DNA from: a virus
Taxonomy: Duplodnaviria; Caudoviricetes
IMG/VR virus record: IMGVR_UViG_3300006638_000005
Location: 1-52,338 of that record
Length of the DNA stretch: 52,338 nucleotides
Reading direction: 5' to 3' (one strand)
The translations under genes were made by a program, and so were the position numbers. Below the pieces are notes generated by a model. The model was not told where the DNA came from, did no database searches, and saw only the letters and a program-made list of their open reading frames with translations. Each line of letters begins with the position of its first letter. Position 1 is the first letter of the stretch. Shown one piece after another: positions 46,146-52,338 of the stretch.

Positions 46146-46865
46146 ATGAGCGCCCCCGCACCGATCAATACCATCACGATCTGCGCGTACAACCGGCCCG
46201 ACTACCTGCAACAGGTACTGGAGTCGCTGCACGTCGCCTTGCGCCTGTGCCCCGAGTTCAAGGTGGAACGTATCTTCATCGGCGTAGACGACGGCGGTCT
46301 GACTAACCCGATAGAGTTTGACGGTTACAACCTCGAAGTAGTCTACTGGCCCGAACACCTTGGCGTCACGGAGCACCCGCGACGGCTGCTCCAGTACGTG
46401 TTCATAGAGCGCGGCAGCAGCTTCAATCTGCATCTCGAAGACGACACCGTGCTCGCGCCCGACGCGATACGCCTTGTTGAATGGTTTCGTACTCTCATGC
46501 CGGACCCGTCCCATATCCTGTCGCTGCACTCGCGCAGCCTGTCGCCCGGCTGCGACACGAAAGGTGTGATTACGCGCCCGGACTTCGGCGTCTGGGGCTG
46601 GGCCACTACGAGCTACGCGGCACGCAAGTACATCCTGCCCTGGTGGAACCACAGGCGCACGGAACCTTTAGGGTGGGATCATTCGCTGACCGACGTAGTG
46701 CGGAAATATAAGCTTAAAGTACTGTCACCGGCACTGTCGCGCGTCGCCAACATCGGTCGCGAAGGCGGCGCGCATCAGACGCCGGAAGGCTGGGACCTTG
46801 AAATGGAAGGGCTCGTATGCGCCGGGCCGGACCAGATGCAGGAGATTGGAGACTTTCATCTATGA
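46146..46865 (+). CDS. GT-A fold glycosyltransferase
   Basis: AYNRPDYLQQVLESL, HLEDD, WGWAT, GWD and SRVANIG motifs. Confidence 0.8.
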   Translation: MSAPAPINTITICAYNRPDYLQQVLESLHVALRLCPEFKVERIFIGVDDGGLTNPIEFDGYNLEVVYWPEHLGVTEHPRRLLQYVFIERGSSFNLHLEDDTVLAPDAIRLVEWFRTLMPDPSHILSLHSRSLSPGCDTKGVITRPDFGVWGWATTSYAARKYILPWWNHRRTEPLGWDHSLTDVVRKYKLKVLSPALSRVANIGREGGAHQTPEGWDLEMEGLVCAGPDQMQEIGDFHL

Positions 46866-47176
46866 AAGGCCAGAAGCAACGTTTCACTCAAGCCCAGTTC
46901 GATCAGGCGCTCATAGACCAGATCGAGCACGCGCGCAACATCAACCTGCCTGTAAACGCGCTGTCGTCGGCGGCGACCTTCACGGCGCTGGTCGGGCTGA
47001 GGTTGTTCGGCAAAGACTGTAAGCGGTCTGCCGGACTGACTAAGACGTTAGGCGACCTGATCGCGGAAGCTAAAGCGGAACGGGCGCAGGAAGAGATCGC
47101 ACGAGAGAGCACGAGTAGTCTGGCGCTGCCACGCAACCGGATCGTGGTGCCGGGCGATCCGCGCAACCGGAATTGA
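46862..47176 (+). CDS. Hypothetical protein (104 aa)
   Basis: Start at ATG 46862 (ATGA coupling). Confidence 0.55.
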   Translation: MKGQKQRFTQAQFDQALIDQIEHARNINLPVNALSSAATFTALVGLRLFGKDCKRSAGLTKTLGDLIAEAKAERAQEEIARESTSSLALPRNRIVVPGDPRNRN

Positions 47177-47203
47177 TTCCATGTCGCTTTTAGTCGACGA
47201 CTT

Positions 47204-47725
47204 ATGAACAACCCTGCTTTGGACGCAGCTATACGTGGTATGTCGCAGCAGGAGATAGATCGCTTCTGGTCATACGTTTACATTTGTACTGACAGTGAGT
47301 GTTGGCCGTGGTTGGGTGGTACCAGAAACGGTTACGGTGCCTTTAGTCTTGGAACCAGAGCAGAGCGAAAAACAGTTAAAGCCAATAGGGTAGCTGCGTT
47401 TCTGATTCACGGCATACCGGAAGATCCGAAAGCAGAAGCACTGCATACTTGCGACAACCCTCCCTGTTGTAATGGCTTTCATCTGTTTTGGGGTACGCAA
47501 AGCCTTAATATGTGGGATGCTGCTGCAAAAGGCAGGCACAGCGCACAGGTGCATCCCGAGACGCGACAAGGGGAAAGACACGCACGCGCCAAACTTGTAG
47601 AAGCAGATATCGTAGTCATCAGGTCCAGCAGTCTTACGCAATATGAACTATCTCTTGTATATGGTGTGGCACTTAGCACCATAGGACACATCCGAACTAA
47701 CCGTACGTGGAGACATTTGCTGTGA
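47204..47725 (+). CDS. HNH homing endonuclease
   Basis: RFWSYV, CWPWLG, ANRVA and LHTCDNPPCCN..HL motifs; lower GC; C-terminal HTH. Confidence 0.9.
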   Translation: MNNPALDAAIRGMSQQEIDRFWSYVYICTDSECWPWLGGTRNGYGAFSLGTRAERKTVKANRVAAFLIHGIPEDPKAEALHTCDNPPCCNGFHLFWGTQSLNMWDAAAKGRHSAQVHPETRQGERHARAKLVEADIVVIRSSSLTQYELSLVYGVALSTIGHIRTNRTWRHLL

Positions 47726-48501
47726 GTATCCTTTGCGACGACCGCGAGGACTCCCTGCTTGTGCAGCACCTTGAAACCTTCGGCCTGCCTCTGTCTGTAT
47801 GCCGCCTCGACTTCGGCGACTTAGCCATCGAGTCCTGTGACGGACGCCTGATCGGGTACGAGCGCAAACGCCTGTCCGACCTTATAAACTCGATGCAGGA
47901 CAGGCGACTCAGTGGTCATCAGCTCCGCGGCATGTACAGCTTATACGACCGTGTCGAACTCGTAGTGGAAGGCGTATGGCGCCCCGGCGAGGGCGGCGAG
48001 ATCATGGTACCGAACGGGCGCACGGGCACGTGGACTACTTACTATAACCACGCAAGGTCAGGGATCTCGTTCAGGCAGGTGGACTCGTACCTATACTCGC
48101 AGTACGAGTGCGGCGGCGTCGCGGTGTGGCGCACCGGCAGCGTGCAGGAAACGGCGCACCTGTACGCAAGCCGCTGGCACTGGTGGAGAAAGGCTTATCA
48201 CCTGCACAAGTCGCATGACGTGCTGTTTGCGAACGAGCCGAGCGCGCAGCGGCGCGGGGCGGTGACGCTGCACCAGGGCGCACCTAATATAGTGACGCTG
48301 CTCGCGGCGCAGTTACCGGGGCTGGACGCAAAAGCGTGGGACGTAGGAAAGCACTTCGCGTCGGCGTATGACATGGTGAATGCGACTGTCGCGGAGTGGC
48401 GACGCGTCGAATGGACCGATCGCAGCGGAAACGTCAAGCACTTCGGGAAAGAGACGGCCGCTGAGATCGTAAGGTCGCTGAGAGGGTTGAAGCCGGAATG
48501 A
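47722..48501 (+). CDS. ERCC4/XPF-like nuclease
   Basis: DDRE, LDFGD, ERKRLSDL, Q and LVVEG motifs; GTGA coupling. Confidence 0.85.
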   Translation: MSILCDDREDSLLVQHLETFGLPLSVCRLDFGDLAIESCDGRLIGYERKRLSDLINSMQDRRLSGHQLRGMYSLYDRVELVVEGVWRPGEGGEIMVPNGRTGTWTTYYNHARSGISFRQVDSYLYSQYECGGVAVWRTGSVQETAHLYASRWHWWRKAYHLHKSHDVLFANEPSAQRRGAVTLHQGAPNIVTLLAAQLPGLDAKAWDVGKHFASAYDMVNATVAEWRRVEWTDRSGNVKHFGKETAAEIVRSLRGLKPE

Positions 48502-48833
48502 GAGACCACGAACTGTACGTCGCCGACTGCATCGACTGCCATAAGCCAGTCGAGTCGCGCACGCTGCCCGTACCGTTGCGCTGCACACGCTGCCGGACGG
48601 CGCTCGACGATAGCCTTAAGCCTACGGTCCTTAACCCTTTCGACCCGGACCAGATGGAAACGGCTGGCATCAGTGAACTGGGCCGCATGAACAAAGGCCA
48701 GTTGCGACGGTTGTCGGGTCCGCTGCTTGTAACGGAAGGCAAAGAGAAAGAGCGGCGTATCGCTATAGTCATGACTTTCGAACTGTACATGAAGATCCAG
48801 AAGGCAATTACAGATGTTCACAAATCCTTGTGA
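48498..48833 (+). CDS. Zinc ribbon fused to a Phd/YefM-like region
   Basis: CIDC...CTRC, then GISEL...GPLLVT...IAIVMTFELY. Confidence 0.5.
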   Translation: MRDHELYVADCIDCHKPVESRTLPVPLRCTRCRTALDDSLKPTVLNPFDPDQMETAGISELGRMNKGQLRRLSGPLLVTEGKEKERRIAIVMTFELYMKIQKAITDVHKSL

Positions 48834-50202
48834 AACCTGCCCTCGCAAACACCGTGCGATAGGCGGCAATGGCCCGCAGCCCGCACGCGTACTCGCTATC
48901 GCGGAACGTCCGGGTCCGCGCGAGAACGAACGCGGCGAGGTACTGGTGGGACCGACCGGGCAGGAGTGGGACGAACTCTACTTGCCGCTCGCCGGGCTCA
49001 ACAGGTCCGAGATCCGGGTCTGTAATACGGTTATGTGCTGGGCCGACTCGAACAAGACACCGACCGACAAAGAGATTCAGGCTTGTGCGCCGTGTCACGT
49101 GCCCGACGAGATCGAGCGTACGAACCCGGACGTAATCGTGCTCATGGGCGCGACGGCCTGTGCGCTCGTGCCGGGTATCAGGCTTGACTACCAGCATGGA
49201 ATACCTCAATCGACCGCGAAGGTAGGTGACCTGTTCGGTTGGCACGGTTACTTGATTCCTATGTACCATCCGAGCATCGGCCTGCACGAGTCGCGCTTTA
49301 TGACTGTCGCAATGGAAGATTGGGAAGGGCTGAAGGACATCATAGGCGAAGACCACTTCGACGACGACCCGGAACCGGAACCCGTCAGTTACTCTGTATG
49401 GACGCCGCGCCATTCGTGGCTGTCCGGCGAGTACCCTGTAGGCATTGATACTGAGTCGCATGCGGGCGTTCCCTGGAGCGTACAGGTGTCCGGTATGCCG
49501 CGACACGGCGTGCTGTATATGGTTAGCGACAGCGCGGCAATGAAGCACTTGCGACTAATGCTGCCGAGTCAGCATAATATCGTGTTCCACCACGCTGCGC
49601 ACGACCTTGAAGAACTTCGCAAGGTGGGTATCGATATCGCGCCCGACCGGTACCGCGACACCATGCAGGAAGCCTTTCACCTGGGCAACCTGCCGCAAGG
49701 TCTTAAGGCGCTCACATACCGCCTGTTCCGGCACACTATGACATCGTATGAAGAAACGGTGCGCCCGGCCAGTGTCAGGGCGTTGCTCGAATGGATAACC
49801 GAAGCCTACCAGATCGCCGTGCTCGACCTGACGTACGTGTCGCAGCGGTTCAGCCCGAAAACAGGCAAGCGACTGAAGGACGAGACCACCAAGAGCGACC
49901 TGGAGTCGCTGTTGACGCGCCTGTTGCGGCTCACAACGGAAATGTCGGAGTACGACCCGTGGGGGTCTGAAGAGGAACCAAGGCTCAATGCGTTCTGGCG
50001 CGAGCCTGTAAACGAATGGATAGTGCAGCATGTTGAATCGCGTATCGGAACTTACCCCCTGGCAGGAATCGCTAATTGCTCAATGGACGAGGCAGTACGG
50101 TACGCAGTCGGTGACGCCGATTGGACGGGTAGGTGTGCTGTTGAGCTTGCCAGGAGGCGACAGGGAGCTTTCCAGATTTATGAAGGAGACAAAGATGCCT
50201 AA
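48814..50202 (+). CDS. Family-4-like uracil-DNA glycosylase fused to a 3'-5' exonuclease (N-terminal part of a split DNA polymerase A)
   Basis: CETCP, AERPG, VGPTG, NTVMC and YHPS; exonuclease motifs IDTES, HHAAHDL and YAVGDA. Confidence 0.85.
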   Translation: MFTNPCETCPRKHRAIGGNGPQPARVLAIAERPGPRENERGEVLVGPTGQEWDELYLPLAGLNRSEIRVCNTVMCWADSNKTPTDKEIQACAPCHVPDEIERTNPDVIVLMGATACALVPGIRLDYQHGIPQSTAKVGDLFGWHGYLIPMYHPSIGLHESRFMTVAMEDWEGLKDIIGEDHFDDDPEPEPVSYSVWTPRHSWLSGEYPVGIDTESHAGVPWSVQVSGMPRHGVLYMVSDSAAMKHLRLMLPSQHNIVFHHAAHDLEELRKVGIDIAPDRYRDTMQEAFHLGNLPQGLKALTYRLFRHTMTSYEETVRPASVRALLEWITEAYQIAVLDLTYVSQRFSPKTGKRLKDETTKSDLESLLTRLLRLTTEMSEYDPWGSEEEPRLNAFWREPVNEWIVQHVESRIGTYPLAGIANCSMDEAVRYAVGDADWTGRCAVELARRRQGAFQIYEGDKDA

Positions 50203-50341
50203 ACCACCCGAAAGACACTGCTATTCATGCGTCAGGTGTTTGCCTGACGACCCCAAAGAAGTATGGTGGGGTGAATCCGGGCAGCCCTACTGCTCCGAAG
50301 ACTGCATGAACGACAACGATGATGCACCGGAAGAAGACTGA
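50195..50341 (+). CDS. 48-aa zinc-finger peptide between the polymerase parts
   Basis: AAGGAG RBS; CYSC...YCSEDC; TGATG coupling to the polymerase gene. Confidence 0.6.
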   Translation: MPKPPERHCYSCVRCLPDDPKEVWWGESGQPYCSEDCMNDNDDAPEED

Positions 50342-51807
50342 TGGCGCTATACGGCGGCATCGAGCTTCCTAACAAACCGGATTTGGAGAACGTCCGCAAG
50401 CTGGACCTGATGATACTCGGCCAGCTTAACCGGATGTCGCGTTACGGGATCGCCGTGGACGTGCCCTACCTTCAAGAACTTGGGAGCCAGTTCGCCGTTG
50501 AAATGAAGGAACTGCAATATAGCATAGCCAGCTATATTCCGACCGACGCACTGGATCGTTTCAGCGCGGCGGCGGCATCCGTCGAAGAAGAAGAAGGGTC
50601 CGCGCAGATAAACGCCGGGTCCGCCGAACAGATACGTACGTTGCTGTTCGACTTGTTGGACGTTGGGCGCGACCAGAAACTGAAGACTACAGGCACGGGA
50701 GCGATCTCGACAGGCAAAAAGAACCTGGACACGCTACGGTCGGTTAAAGACGCGCATCCCGTGATCCCGCTCATCATGCAGTACCGGGAACGGTCTAAGC
50801 TGAAGTCGGCGTTCTGCGACGCCTTACCAATGAAGGCGCGGCACCATCCGGCAGGAGCGTGTTGCCCGGTATGTGAATTGCCGCATGTAGAGAGTACAAA
50901 CAGGCTGCACACTACATTTACGACGACACGCGCGATCACCGGGCGCCTCAGCAGTAAACAGCCTAACCTCCAGCAGATAAGCGTCAGGACAAAATTAGGA
51001 CGCCGCATCAGAGCCGCTTTTCTGGCTTCACCCGGTACCCGTCTTGTCTCAGTGGACTTTTCGCAAATGGAACTACGCGACCTTGCGCATCTTGCGAACG
51101 CTCGATCCATGCTCTCTATTTACGAGGCGGGCGGCGATATTCATAAAAATACGGCAATGAAGTCGTTTGGCATAACGGACCCTGAACAGGTAGACCAGTA
51201 TATGCATCGGCTTCCAGCTAAGACAGTCAACTTTGCGATCACCAACGGTACAACAAAAAAAGGACTGTACGCGCAGCTTATAGGGTCTTATTGGCTTGCC
51301 GGGATAAAGCCACCCGACTGGCTCACAGAAGACTGGTGCGATGACTTTATACGGTCGTGGCACGTTACATACGACGAGGTTCAGCCTTACTTCGACATAA
51401 CTTATTACAGGGCGCGAAGGTATGGTTTCTGTTGGAACCCGTGGGGCCGCGTCAGGTATATCCCGCAAGTCAAAAGCAGCTTACCGTGGAAAGTACACGA
51501 AGGACTTAGAGAAGCGCAGAATTTCGCGGTAACGTCATCGAATGCAGAGCAAACGAAGCTCGCAATGGCGGAATGCGAAGACTTTTATACGCAAATGCGC
51601 GAATCAGGCATATGGTGCGAGGGGCTTTTGAGTATACATGACCAGGTAATTGCGGAAGTGGAAGAAGACTATGCGGACCTGGTCGGAGCCGAGATGGTAC
51701 GCATATTCGAAGGCGTCATGGACGACCGCGAGACGGGCGAGCGACTTTGGCGTTGCCCTATTAAGAGCGACTGTGAAATTCTGGAACGCTGGAAAGCAAA
51801 GGACTGA
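50341..51807 (+). CDS. polA: Family A DNA polymerase, polymerase domain
   Basis: TGRLSSKQPNLQQI, motif A DFSQMELR, motif B AKTVNF, motif C IHDQ. Confidence 0.92.
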   Translation: MALYGGIELPNKPDLENVRKLDLMILGQLNRMSRYGIAVDVPYLQELGSQFAVEMKELQYSIASYIPTDALDRFSAAAASVEEEEGSAQINAGSAEQIRTLLFDLLDVGRDQKLKTTGTGAISTGKKNLDTLRSVKDAHPVIPLIMQYRERSKLKSAFCDALPMKARHHPAGACCPVCELPHVESTNRLHTTFTTTRAITGRLSSKQPNLQQISVRTKLGRRIRAAFLASPGTRLVSVDFSQMELRDLAHLANARSMLSIYEAGGDIHKNTAMKSFGITDPEQVDQYMHRLPAKTVNFAITNGTTKKGLYAQLIGSYWLAGIKPPDWLTEDWCDDFIRSWHVTYDEVQPYFDITYYRARRYGFCWNPWGRVRYIPQVKSSLPWKVHEGLREAQNFAVTSSNAEQTKLAMAECEDFYTQMRESGIWCEGLLSIHDQVIAEVEEDYADLVGAEMVRIFEGVMDDRETGERLWRCPIKSDCEILERWKAKD

Positions 51808-51808
51808 A

Positions 51809-51976
51809 ATGGACCAGAAAATGATAGTCGAATTCGGCGTGGAAGTAACGCCTAACCAATTGAAAGGTATCATCAACTTCCTGCGGCAGCGCAAGATTCC
51901 GTTCTATGAGGAACCGCCGCGCAAAGACCCGTACCGGACGCTGGATGAACTTGAAGCGGATTGCGAGGGAAAGTAA
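51809..51976 (+). CDS. Hypothetical protein (55 aa)
   Basis: AAGGA RBS; MDQKMIVEFG start. Confidence 0.5.
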   Translation: MDQKMIVEFGVEVTPNQLKGIINFLRQRKIPFYEEPPRKDPYRTLDELEADCEGK

Positions 51977-52338
51977 ATGGCCGAAGAAAAGAAACGTATG
52001 ATAAGCGCAGGCAACTCGAAACTGCCGCAGGCATCCGAGATCCCCGACGAGGACACCTTTCAGGAGGTACGGAAGCTGCTGAAGAAAGCGATATCGCTGC
52101 GCTCCGCGATCTCTGAAAAGGAAGACGAATTATCGGGCATAAAGGAACGTCTGCAAGCGGTCTGCGAGGCGTTCAATATGAAAGGCTTCCGGCAGGGTCT
52201 CGCCGGGTTCCAGTACGACGGGTTCGTGACGCGCAAGTCACTTTCGAAAGAAGCGCTGCTGGCGGCCGGCGTCGCGGCGCAGACCATAGAAGACTGCTAC
52301 CTGGAAGGTAAGCCGTTCGTGAGCGCCAAGATCATAGC
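51977..52338 (+). CDS. Coiled-coil hypothetical protein; runs off the right edge
   Basis: Hand translation MAEEKKRMISAGNSKLPQASEIPDEDTFQEVRKLLKK..., open to the window end. Confidence 0.6.
   Translation, partial: MAEEKKRMISAGNSKLPQASEIPDEDTFQEVRKLLKKAISLRSAISEKEDELSGIKERLQAVCEAFNMKGFRQGLAGFQYDGFVTRKSLSKEALLAAGVAAQTIEDCYLEGKPFVSAKII

Overview
This window is a large part of a GC-rich tailed dsDNA phage genome with podovirus-like architecture. Minus strand 1-26079 is the virion and packaging arm: a truncated nozzle-like gene, adaptor-like proteins, major capsid, scaffold, a cassette of three signal-peptide proteins, portal, lysis genes, terminase large subunit and an antisense HNH. Plus strand 26299-52338 is the early and replication arm: Cys-rich protein plus zinc peptidase, a tyrosine recombinase in two pieces, HTH, ParB-like, MCM-like AAA+, DinG-like helicase, PD-(D/E)XK nuclease, AAA ATPase, ERCC4 nuclease and a split UDG-exonuclease/PolA. 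The best candidates for undescribed biology are: (1) a six-gene glycan cluster with three glycosyltransferases, two O-methyltransferases and a GDP-mannose dehydratase-cupin fusion, possibly linked to the exported Ser/Thr-rich proteins; (2) a split tyrosine recombinase near a perfect 32-bp inverted repeat flanked by head-to-head CDCG-motif genes; (3) a promoter-leader-terminator unit followed by protamine-like micropeptides upstream of the capsid genes. I saw no CRISPR array, rRNA or complete tRNA. All calls come from motif recognition by eye; no searches were run and the host is unknown.
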